DNA of 64,000 nt from an uncultured Bacteroidaceae bacterium (GTDB taxonomy: Bacteria; Bacteroidota; Bacteroidia; Bacteroidales; GCA-2748055). Shown here in pieces: positions 22,454 through 30,215 of the stretch. The notes beneath the pieces were generated by a model that was given only the letters and a program-made list of their open reading frames with translations, was not told where the DNA came from and made no database searches. Positions within the stretch are counted from its first letter, which is position 1. Each line of letters begins with the position of its first letter. Where the stretch lies: contig CAZNFR010000006.1 in the NCBI GenBank assembly GCA_964572225.1, positions 533 to 64,532 on the forward strand. The letters are read 5' to 3'. The position numbers were made by a program, and so were the translations under genes.

Positions 22454-25400
22454 CCTGCCTCTCTCATTCTTTTTAATAAAGGATACCAGACATAACCCCT
22501 CACATTTTTGTAGCCGGCGGCTTCCAATGCCATCACATAACGTTGTACCTGTTTCAGGTAACTGTCTCGCTCCTTGTCCCCGAACTTAAAATCAATAACC
22601 ATCACGCGACCATCCTTTACTACCACCCTGTCGGGCCTCAGGATGTTACCGCTTTCATCCACCAGGTCCTGCTCAGTTATAACCTCCCCCTCACCGTCAA
22701 ACCATTGCTTAAATGGGTTTTCCAAAATCAACCCTTTTATTTTCGCAACCCAATCATCCTTTTCCCCGGTAGAAAGGAGTCCTTTCATCCAGGCTTTACG
22801 AACAGCCGGCTCAATGTCTTCTTCTGTAATTATCATGGAAAAAATTTCGTGCATTTGTGTACCAAATCCAGCCGGGTCACTAAACTCTTCTTCCAGGCTT
22901 GAAAGGTAGATGTTCCGGTTATTTTTAAGAAGAGTTGGGGTGGAATTATGCACAGGGTAGTTTTCGGGGAAAGAGGTATAGTTTCCGCTTTTCTTCTCCG
23001 GGATGGGTAATTGTTCTTTCTCACCGAACGTGAAAAAATTATTCTCATCACTATAAACACCCCCTGGGAGTTTTGCCCCATTTTCCCCGGAGCCTTTGAG
23101 GATGTTCAGTAACAGGGTACCTATGCTTATTTCATTGGCATTTTCGGTTATCCCGGAAAAAGTATACAATTCCTTTTCGGCACGGGTAAAAGAAACATAC
23201 AATAAATTAATATTATCAATATATCCCATAAACGTTTCGTTCCAATATTCCTTGTGAAACATAGTATCTGAAAGCTTGCGGGAATAATTTACCGGAAGCA
23301 TGGGAAAAAAATGGAAAGGAGTTCCCTCCGGATTCACCCAGATCATGTTGTTTCTCGTTCCCGGAGTAAGTGCCCAGTCACAAAAAGGAATAATAACTGT
23401 TTTAAACTGCAATCCCTTGGCTTTATGAATGGTCATAATTCGCATGGCATCCTGAGCTTCCGATGCATTCAGCATCAGGTCATCTCCATAAATATCCCAA
23501 TACCTTAGAAAGGATGATATATCTCCGGTTTCCTCATTGAGGTAGTTTAATACAAAATCCTGGAAGGCCTGCAAATAGGCAATTTCGGAACTGTTTTTTC
23601 CAAGATCAAAGATCCGTATCAATTCTTCAAGCAATTCGAACAAGGGAAGTTTTTGTAGTTGTTCGTTCTGAATTCCTCTCTCTTCCAGGTAGAAATCCAT
23701 CTTAAACCTAAGGGAATCCTCATCAACGGAACTAAAAATCAAGTGAGGATTTGAAGGGATCACCTCTGTATTGAAAAAGTAAAAAAGTGCATGATTGAGG
23801 TAAGCATCATTGATTTTTTCACTTTGACCAGATATTTTCTTTAGCATTCCCAGGAGGAACCTTACCGAAGGATTATTACCGATATATAATGCATCATTGG
23901 AAATAATCGAATAATTATAATTCTTTTGCGATTCCTTCTTTTGTGAAAGTAGCATCTCCGCGATTATCCGTCCTTCAGCTTTGGTTCTAACCAAAAAGGT
24001 TATATCTCTGGGCCTTATGCCTCTTTCCTGCAGGTTTTCAACCAATTCAGGGATTCGTTGTTCGAGAAACTCCCTGTATTGATCCTGATTTTTCTTGAAA
24101 AAGAATTGAGATTCAACATAGCCCGAACTTATGATGCTCCCCTCCGGCAATTCCTGTTCGGTATTATCATATACTCTGTCGACAAGTTCAAGCCAATTAT
24201 CCAGAAACTCACCCTCCATTTTCGCTTCTTCCCACTTTTGCCTCATAGTGGATTGTACTTTTTTCGGAAGTAGGGTAAAAAATGAATTAAAGAACCTTAC
24301 CAGGTTTTTAGAACTTCGGTAATTTACCCTGAGGTATTCTTCTCTGATTTGATGCTTATGGACACGTTGATTCACCTCCGCAGCCAGTATCCTCCAGTCA
24401 CCATTCCGCCAACGGTAGATGGATTGTTTTACATCACCCACAATCAGGCTCGGCTGATCTTCCGATAAACCGTTTACAATCAATGGATAAAAATTATCCC
24501 ACTGAAAACGGGATGTATCCTGAAATTCATCAAGCATATACTTGTCAAAATAGTTTCCTGCTTTTTCAAAGATGAAGGGGGTATCGTTGCCCTCGATTAT
24601 TTTTTTCAGGAAAAAGGAAGAATCTGACAATAGAAAAATATTGTTTTCCAGACAAATCTCCCGAATGGAAGATGAAATATCCTTGAGTAAACCAAAAGTG
24701 TATATATTCTTTTGCAGTTCAATGGCGGTAAGGTATTCGGCCTTATTACCCTCCCAAAATTCAAGGTACTCAATCAACCTTTTCTGTAAACGAGTAGTTA
24801 CCAATTCCAGAATAGCCTCTCTGGATTTATGGGTTTTGGCGACCCACTCCAAGGGATCACCAGCTGCCTTTTTAACCGTATCAGTCGGTTCCGAACCATC
24901 TCTTGAAGCCTCTGCAACCCCTTTCAGGTACCCCAAAACTCCCGTACTCTTTCTCTTGAAATCCTCGATGGCAAACCCCTTCTCTTCAGCTATCTGTAGT
25001 ATGGCTGCCGCCATGACCTTCAATTTATTTTCTGTTGTCCTGATGATTTCATAGAGTTTTGATCTTAAGGATAGTAAGTTCTTTCTGTCCTCATCCTTAT
25101 CTCTGTTTTCACCCATCACTTCCTGGTAGTTTTCACTAAAAATTTCACGACCCAATTCAAACAGATAGGTCTCAATCTTCCAGTTCTTGTTTTCCAAAAG
25201 TTTCTCCTGTGTATAATCCAGAATCCATTCTTTGATTTGTCCGTCTGTATCCAGGCTTAGCAGAATACGTTCAATAGCCTCATTTAGGATATTATCCGGA
25301 TTTAATTCCAGATTATATCCGGTCTGAAGCCCAATCTCCCGCGTAAATCCGCGGATGACCCACTGAAAAAACCTGTCAATGGTCCCGACACTAAAGGCTG

Positions 25401-25707
25401 AATAATCGTTTAATATGATTTCCAGGGTTTTATGTGCCTTTTCTGCCAGGGAAGATTCGGTGAAAGAAGGGTTACTCTTTAAGAGGGATTCTTTATATCC
25501 GGCTACTTTAGGGTCATTTTTTGACAGCAGGTACAATGAAGAAATAATTCTTTCCTTCATTTCGTTGGAAGCCTTATTCGTAAAAGTAACTGCAAGAATC
25601 TTTCTATAGGAAAACGGATCCTCCATTAAGTGTTCCAGGTATTTAAGCGCTAGCTGATAGGTTTTTCCCGAACCCGCCGATGCTTTTAAAAGTGTGAGAT
25701 TACTCAT
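22450..25707 (-). CDS. AddA-like UvrD-family helicase with a C-terminal PD-(D/E)XK nuclease domain
   Basis: 1085 aa. Walker A KASAGSGKTY, DEFQDTS (motif II), VGDVKQSIYRWRNGD, TIHKAKGLQF, and a C-terminal nuclease motif LRPDRVVVKDGRVMVIDFKFG...YLKQVQRY. Confidence 0.75.
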   Translation of the reverse strand: MSNLTLLKASAGSGKTYQLALKYLEHLMEDPFSYRKILAVTFTNKASNEMKERIISSLYLLSKNDPKVAGYKESLLKSNPSFTESSLAEKAHKTLEIILNDYSAFSVGTIDRFFQWVIRGFTREIGLQTGYNLELNPDNILNEAIERILLSLDTDGQIKEWILDYTQEKLLENKNWKIETYLFELGREIFSENYQEVMGENRDKDEDRKNLLSLRSKLYEIIRTTENKLKVMAAAILQIAEEKGFAIEDFKRKSTGVLGYLKGVAEASRDGSEPTDTVKKAAGDPLEWVAKTHKSREAILELVTTRLQKRLIEYLEFWEGNKAEYLTAIELQKNIYTFGLLKDISSSIREICLENNIFLLSDSSFFLKKIIEGNDTPFIFEKAGNYFDKYMLDEFQDTSRFQWDNFYPLIVNGLSEDQPSLIVGDVKQSIYRWRNGDWRILAAEVNQRVHKHQIREEYLRVNYRSSKNLVRFFNSFFTLLPKKVQSTMRQKWEEAKMEGEFLDNWLELVDRVYDNTEQELPEGSIISSGYVESQFFFKKNQDQYREFLEQRIPELVENLQERGIRPRDITFLVRTKAEGRIIAEMLLSQKKESQKNYNYSIISNDALYIGNNPSVRFLLGMLKKISGQSEKINDAYLNHALFYFFNTEVIPSNPHLIFSSVDEDSLRFKMDFYLEERGIQNEQLQKLPLFELLEELIRIFDLGKNSSEIAYLQAFQDFVLNYLNEETGDISSFLRYWDIYGDDLMLNASEAQDAMRIMTIHKAKGLQFKTVIIPFCDWALTPGTRNNMIWVNPEGTPFHFFPMLPVNYSRKLSDTMFHKEYWNETFMGYIDNINLLYVSFTRAEKELYTFSGITENANEISIGTLLLNILKGSGENGAKLPGGVYSDENNFFTFGEKEQLPIPEKKSGNYTSFPENYPVHNSTPTLLKNNRNIYLSSLEEEFSDPAGFGTQMHEIFSMIITEEDIEPAVRKAWMKGLLSTGEKDDWVAKIKGLILENPFKQWFDGEGEVITEQDLVDESGNILRPDRVVVKDGRVMVIDFKFGDKERDSYLKQVQRYVMALEAAGYKNVRGYVWYPLLKRMREAG

Positions 25708-25903
25708 AAATGGTTGAATTTTCCATGTTTTGGATCAGCTTGCAATTTAACAGAATTGGTATCCCGGAATTAAAAATATTCGGTTATTTATCCGGTTATC
25801 CAGGAAATTCTTCAATGCATCCCTAAAAAATATAAAATTAATTAATTGTGTGTAATAATACTTTCTTAAATTGCCCCTAACCTAATCACAAAAATTCATC
25901 ATC

Positions 25904-26509
25904 ATGAAAAGAATTCTTCTCATTCTGGGATTTATTGCAGTTGTATTCACTTCGGGATACAGTCAGATGAACACCGGCAGCCTGTTCGCACTTGGGGTTG
26001 CTGAATTGAAAATGGAGGCATACAGGCAAAAACAAATCAATTCTGATTTTGATCCCACCAAAATCCTGAGTTTTGCTTTCAATCCTGCGGCAGGCTATTT
26101 TCTTGCCAACAGGGTTGCCGCGGGTATTATGATGAGCTATGCCTACCACCGACTTAAATACGAAGCTGCCAAAGACATCACAACCGCATTTCTATTGGGA
26201 CCATTTGCAAGATATTATTACCAGTACGGAGCCCTGGTTCCATTCGCTGAAATTTTTCTTGGCATAGGCAGAGAGAATTACAAGTATGTGTATGATACCG
26301 ATGGAATTGAAAATGAAAGTCCTCACAGGCTGTTCAAAGCATGGCTGGGGATTGGTGCTGCTTATTTTATTACTGAATATGTAGCCCTGGAAATGATCCT
26401 GAAGTATTTTTATGAAACCGCCAAACCTATTGATGCAGAGGGAGATGGGACCTCCTATAACGGATTGATTTTCTGTATTGGATTTGCCATTTTCTTCGGA
26501 AGCATATAA
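25904..26509 (+). CDS. Small outer-membrane beta-barrel (porin-family) protein
   Basis: Signal peptide (ILGFIAVVFTSGYSQ), alternating aromatic/aliphatic beta-strand pattern, C-terminal aromatic-rich strand. Confidence 0.6.
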   Translation: MKRILLILGFIAVVFTSGYSQMNTGSLFALGVAELKMEAYRQKQINSDFDPTKILSFAFNPAAGYFLANRVAAGIMMSYAYHRLKYEAAKDITTAFLLGPFARYYYQYGALVPFAEIFLGIGRENYKYVYDTDGIENESPHRLFKAWLGIGAAYFITEYVALEMILKYFYETAKPIDAEGDGTSYNGLIFCIGFAIFFGSI

Positions 26510-26534
26510 AAGAGTTTCAGGGGCTCTATGATCT

Positions 26535-26557
26535 GAGCCGGTTTGTTAAACCGGCTC
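26535..26557. terminator. Perfect 10-bp hairpin between convergent genes
   Basis: GAGCCGGTTT (26535-26544), loop GTT, AAACCGGCTC (26548-26557). It lies between the barrel gene (+) and mnmA (-). No strong U-tract. Confidence 0.5.
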
Positions 26558-26585
26558 GATCTTTGTTGCCTGTACACGGAGGTTT

Positions 26586-27764
26586 CTATCCTTCAATGAT
26601 ACCTGAACCTATCAACTCACCATCCTTGTACCACGCAGCAAATTGTCCACCCGCAATTCCTCGTTGGGGTTTCCTGAATCGTACGATCATACCTTCCTCC
26701 CTTTTATGTAGTTCTGCTTCCTGGAGAGATTGCCTGTATCGGATCCTGACCATGAAGTCCCTTCTTTCTCCGGTCTTCATGCTGCAGTCGGGTCGGACCC
26801 AATGAATATCATCCTTCCGTATGCGGAGGAAATCCCGGTACAAGCCTGGATGGTCCTGACCCTGGCCAACATACACAAGATTCTTCTCGGTATCGGTTTG
26901 CAAAACAAATAAAGGCTCTTTTTTTCCTCCAATGTTTAATCCTTTTCGTTGTCCGATTGTATAAAAGTGGGCACCGGAATGCTCACCGGTAATAAATCCG
27001 TCATTTTCATTATAGCGCGCAGGCTGATAATCAGAAAAATCCCCGTTCAAAGCAGTTTTCCCTATCAAATTAAATCCATCGACCGGAATCTCGATTACCT
27101 TTCCTTTTTTCGCCTCCAATTTTTGCTGAAGGAATGTTGGGAGGTCCACTTTCCCCACAAAACAAATTCCCTGCGAATCTTTCTTTTGAGCAGATGCAAG
27201 TTTTTGCTCCCGGGCTATTCTCCTGACCTCCGTTTTCATCAAATGACCAATGGGAAACAAGGTGCGGGCAAGCTGAGACTGCGACAACTGGCAGAGAAAA
27301 TAGCTTTGTTCCTTTCCCGGATCTCTTCCTTCCAAAAGCCGGTATACCTTTTTCCCTTCAATTTCTATTTCTTCCTTTCGGCAATAATGACCCGTAGCAA
27401 TGAAATCGGGCTTAAATTTTTCAGTTGCAGCAAAAAATTCATCGAACTTAATTTCGCGGTTGCATAAAACATCCGGATTGGGAGTTCGTCCGGCTTCATA
27501 CTCCCTGAACATATAATCAACCACTCTTTCCCTGTATTTCCCGCTCAAATCGACTACATGAAATGGAATATTGAGTTTTTTTGCTACCATTTCGGCAAAG
27601 GTCACATCCTCATCCCATGGACAATCCCCTTTCAGTACTCCTGTTTTATCGTGCCAGTTGACCATAAAAACAGCTGTTACCTCATAGCCCTGCTCCTTTA
27701 AAAGAAAGGCAGCAACACTGGAATCAACTCCCCCCGAAAGTCCAACTACAACCCGTTTCCTCAT
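26586..27764 (-). CDS. mnmA: tRNA 2-thiouridine(34) synthase
   Basis: PP-loop VVGLSGGVDSSVAA, DLPTFLQQKL, and catalytic-Cys context DSQGICFVG. Confidence 0.95.
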   Translation of the reverse strand: MRKRVVVGLSGGVDSSVAAFLLKEQGYEVTAVFMVNWHDKTGVLKGDCPWDEDVTFAEMVAKKLNIPFHVVDLSGKYRERVVDYMFREYEAGRTPNPDVLCNREIKFDEFFAATEKFKPDFIATGHYCRKEEIEIEGKKVYRLLEGRDPGKEQSYFLCQLSQSQLARTLFPIGHLMKTEVRRIAREQKLASAQKKDSQGICFVGKVDLPTFLQQKLEAKKGKVIEIPVDGFNLIGKTALNGDFSDYQPARYNENDGFITGEHSGAHFYTIGQRKGLNIGGKKEPLFVLQTDTEKNLVYVGQGQDHPGLYRDFLRIRKDDIHWVRPDCSMKTGERRDFMVRIRYRQSLQEAELHKREEGMIVRFRKPQRGIAGGQFAAWYKDGELIGSGIIEG

Positions 27765-27882
27765 TCATTTGATTTTTTTGCAAAGATAATATATTTAATT
27801 ATGTCGATAAATCAGTCTGCTTTCCCATCCCATCATTACTAAATCAGATCCTAAATTATCTTGAAGGTTTTCAATTTATTTA

Positions 27883-27890
27883 TATATTTG
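27883..27890 (+). promoter_or_regulatory. Candidate -7 promoter box (TATATTTG) for tRNA-Leu(CAG)
   Basis: Matches TAnnTTTG, 50 nt upstream of the tRNA. The block TATATTTGCAsCACTTTT recurs upstream of the second tRNA-Leu. Confidence 0.5.
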
Positions 27891-27939
27891 CAGCACTTTT
27901 TGCTGATCGGTACCCTCATTAACCCAGGTTCTTTCAAAT

Positions 27940-28023
27940 GCCCAGATGGCGGAATTGGTAGACGCGCTAGTTTCAGGGACTAGTGTACGCAAGTACGTGC
28001 AGGTTCGAGTCCTGTTCTGGGCA
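27940..28023 (+). tRNA. tRNA-Leu (anticodon CAG), class II with a long variable arm
   Basis: Acceptor GCCCAGA / TCTGGGC plus discriminator A. Anticodon arm CTAGT-TTCAGGG-ACTAG. Variable arm GTAC-GCAA-GTAC. T-loop TTCGAGT. CCA is not encoded. Confidence 0.9.
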
Positions 28024-28135
28024 CTTTCCCTCCCCAAATGTCGATATCAGTGTTAATCTAATTTTAACCAGGAATTCGGAATTGTAATTCATTTTAGACT
28101 TATCTTTGCTTCAGGATTACATGGATTTCAATTTA

Positions 28136-28167
28136 ACAGCTACGGCAGATTTAGCTGTGGTTTTTTA
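28136..28167 (+). terminator. Possible terminator after the first tRNA-Leu
   Basis: 7-bp stem ACAGCTA (28136-28142) / TAGCTGT (28152-28158), followed by GGTTTTTTATT. Confidence 0.4.
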
Positions 28168-28181
28168 TTGTCGGTAGGAAT

Positions 28182-28346
28182 ATGCAGGTATTACTATTTA
28201 TATCTCTGGCTCTGAATGTTTTACTTTCTATTTTACTCATTATAAGCATGTTAAGACACATACGGAGAGGGAAAGCGGAAGCAGAACTGGAAGAAAAGAT
28301 CAATGATGTTCAGGAAAGATTACACAATCTTTTCAAATATGATTAA
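28182..28346 (+). CDS. Possible 54-aa small membrane protein (below the ORF-track cutoff)
   Basis: Hand translation gives MQVLLFISLALNVLLSILLIISMLRHIRRGKAEAELEEKINDVQERLHNLFKYD: one TM helix plus a charged helical tail. There is no clear promoter or homology, so this is speculative. Confidence 0.3.
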   Translation: MQVLLFISLALNVLLSILLIISMLRHIRRGKAEAELEEKINDVQERLHNLFKYD

Positions 28347-28411
28347 GCCTTGATTTGCCTTAGGCTACAGCAAATTTTTGGCAATAATTCGCTGTACTTG
28401 TAATATTTTTT

Positions 28412-28419
28412 TATATTTG
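28412..28419 (+). promoter_or_regulatory. Candidate -7 promoter box (TATATTTG) for tRNA-Leu(GAG)
   Basis: Matches TAnnTTTG, 43 nt upstream of the tRNA. Its context is nearly identical to the box at 27883. Confidence 0.5.
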
Positions 28420-28461
28420 CACCACTTTTAACAAAAGTAGTTCCTCAAAACTTTGAAAATT

Positions 28462-28547
28462 GCCCAGGTGGCGGAATTGGTAGACGCGCTAGGTTGAGGG
28501 CCTAGTGGCCGTTTTAGGCCGTGCTGGTTCGATTCCAGTCCTGGGCA
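28462..28547 (+). tRNA. tRNA-Leu (anticodon GAG), class II
   Basis: Acceptor GCCCAGG / CCTGGGC plus A. Anticodon arm CTAGG-TTGAGGG-CCTAG. Long variable arm GGCC-GTTTTA-GGCC. T-loop TTCGATT. Followed by CTTTTTTATTT. Confidence 0.9.
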
Positions 28548-28556
28548 CTTTTTTAT

Positions 28557-29288
28557 TTAAGAACTTTTTTCAGATCGATGTAAACCGCATTCTTTCTGCT
28601 CAGGTTGTTCCCACCACCATCTTCCCGCACGCACATCCTCTCCCGGTTCGACGGCTCTTGTACAGGGCTGACAACCAATACTTCGGAAGCCCTGATCATG
28701 TAGAGGATTATAGGGAACACTGTGTTGATGGATGTATTCCCAGACCTGCTTTTCCGACCAATCAATCAGCGGATTAACTTTGATAAGGCCGTTACCTTCA
28801 TCCCATTCGACCAGTTTATTGAAAAATCGGGTCACAGACTGGTCCTTCCTAAGCCCGCAAATCCATACATCCAGACCTTCAAATGCCCGTTTAAGGGGTT
28901 CAATTTTACGGATATGACAACATAGTTTGCGATTCTCAACACTTTTATAGAAAAGGTTGATGCCCTTTTCCTTTACCATCTTCTGAACCTGTTTATAATC
29001 AGGAAAGAACACTTCAATACGAATATTGTATTTCTTATTCGTCTCTGATATTAATTCATAGGTTTCAGGAAAAACTCTTCCGGTATCCAATGTAAATATT
29101 CTGGTGTCCGGATCAATATCCGTAACCATTTTGGTGAGAACCTGATCCTCCGCACCCATGCTGGAGGAAAGCGCAATTTTGGATTTATATTCTTTCAAAA
29201 AAAACTGAAGCACCTTTTCCGGTTCTGCCTTATGGAATCTTTCATTTAATTTGCTTATCGTATCTTTCAATTCTTCACCTATTTTCAT
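28557..29288 (-). CDS. cysH: Phosphoadenosine phosphosulfate (PAPS/APS) reductase
   Basis: PAPS-reductase fold motifs (SSSMGAEDQVL, and LRKDQS in the position of the R-x-x-Q-S motif) and the C-terminal catalytic KECGLH. Confidence 0.85.
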   Translation of the reverse strand: MKIGEELKDTISKLNERFHKAEPEKVLQFFLKEYKSKIALSSSMGAEDQVLTKMVTDIDPDTRIFTLDTGRVFPETYELISETNKKYNIRIEVFFPDYKQVQKMVKEKGINLFYKSVENRKLCCHIRKIEPLKRAFEGLDVWICGLRKDQSVTRFFNKLVEWDEGNGLIKVNPLIDWSEKQVWEYIHQHSVPYNPLHDQGFRSIGCQPCTRAVEPGEDVRAGRWWWEQPEQKECGLHRSEKSS

Positions 29289-29368
29289 GCTGCATAATTT
29301 TTGTGTAAAAATAGCAAAATAATGGGATCCAGTCTAAATCCTCAATACTCCTTGACTGCCCTTGGATT

Positions 29369-30064
29369 TCATGAAAAACTTTCAATCTTCCCCATGTCTT
29401 TCCAGTCATCCGTATGAAGAAATAATCCTATCTTATGGCCCGTAGCTATCTTTAGAATTTCAGGCATTATGGGGAACACCTGCTGCCCGGGTAAGAGCTT
29501 AATAAATTGTTTTTCAACTATGTATATGGCACTGAATGCAATTTCTTCCATTCTCCCGTTTTTTCTTGAAAGGATTGTTTCTCCTGTATCCCTGTGTTTC
29601 CAGCCACAGAGCAATCTTTCTTCGTTCATCAAAAGATATCTGCTGGTTTCTCTGTATTTAACGGCCAGGGTGGCAATGTATTTATTCTGAATATGATGGG
29701 CCCATAATTCATTCAGGTTTAATCCTGTAAGAATATCAACATTATGAACGAGAATGGGACCCTCATCGAAAACAGATTCTGCTTTTTTCAATCCGCCACC
29801 GGTATCGAGCAGTAATTCGCTTTCATCGGATATTTGTATATCCAGTGTGGGAAATTCGCACCTTTTCAGGTAATCCACAACCTGATAAGCAAGGTGATGC
29901 ACATTAACAACTACTTTTGTAAACCCGTGGTTCGCAAGACTTCTGAGAACATAATAGATAAGTGGAAATCCATGGTATTCTAACAAAGCCTTGGGTTTGT
30001 TCTCCGTTAAGGGCCTCAACCGGGTCCCCAGTCCTGCTGCCATGATCATAGCCTGCTTTTTCAT
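29369..30064 (-). CDS. Sugar-1-phosphate nucleotidyltransferase, MurU-like
   Basis: N-terminal MIMAAGLGTRLRPLTENKPKALL (the GxGxRLxPLT nucleotidyltransferase signature). About 230 aa. Positioned directly downstream of an AmgK-like kinase gene, as in the amgK-murU salvage pair. Confidence 0.7.
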   Translation of the reverse strand: MKKQAMIMAAGLGTRLRPLTENKPKALLEYHGFPLIYYVLRSLANHGFTKVVVNVHHLAYQVVDYLKRCEFPTLDIQISDESELLLDTGGGLKKAESVFDEGPILVHNVDILTGLNLNELWAHHIQNKYIATLAVKYRETSRYLLMNEERLLCGWKHRDTGETILSRKNGRMEEIAFSAIYIVEKQFIKLLPGQQVFPIMPEILKIATGHKIGLFLHTDDWKDMGKIESFS

Positions 30065-30068
30065 AATT

Positions 30069-30209
30069 TCAGGCCGATTTATTAAGTTTAACCGGTTTAC
30101 AGCAATACTTTTCTTTACTGGAGAATAGACCGCATTTCTTACACCGATATTTCAGTTTCCTGTCCTCCGGATTTAATTCAATACCTTGCTTACAAAGTTT
30201 TTTCGACAT
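30069..30209 (-). CDS. 46-aa Cys-rich micro-protein, a possible zinc-ribbon/knuckle (not in the ORF track)
   Basis: Hand translation gives MSKKLCKQGIELNPEDRKLKYRCKKCGLFSSKEKYCCKPVKLNKSA. The ATG lies 6 nt after the upstream stop, and the ORF's stop lies 4 nt before the downstream ATG. It therefore exactly fills what would otherwise be a 151-nt gap in a tightly packed operon. Confidence 0.4.
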   Translation of the reverse strand: MSKKLCKQGIELNPEDRKLKYRCKKCGLFSSKEKYCCKPVKLNKSA

Positions 30210-30215
30210 AAACGC

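Noticed and set aside
18633-25707. UvrD-like helicase plus PD-(D/E)XK nuclease plus radical SAM as a possible anti-phage defence system
   Set aside because: The sizes, the AddB-type four-Cys iron-staple pattern, the AddA C-terminal nuclease motif and the surrounding core genes (trmD, mnmA) fit the housekeeping AddAB end-processing complex better than a defence island. Only the embedded radical SAM gene is unusual, and it is reported separately.
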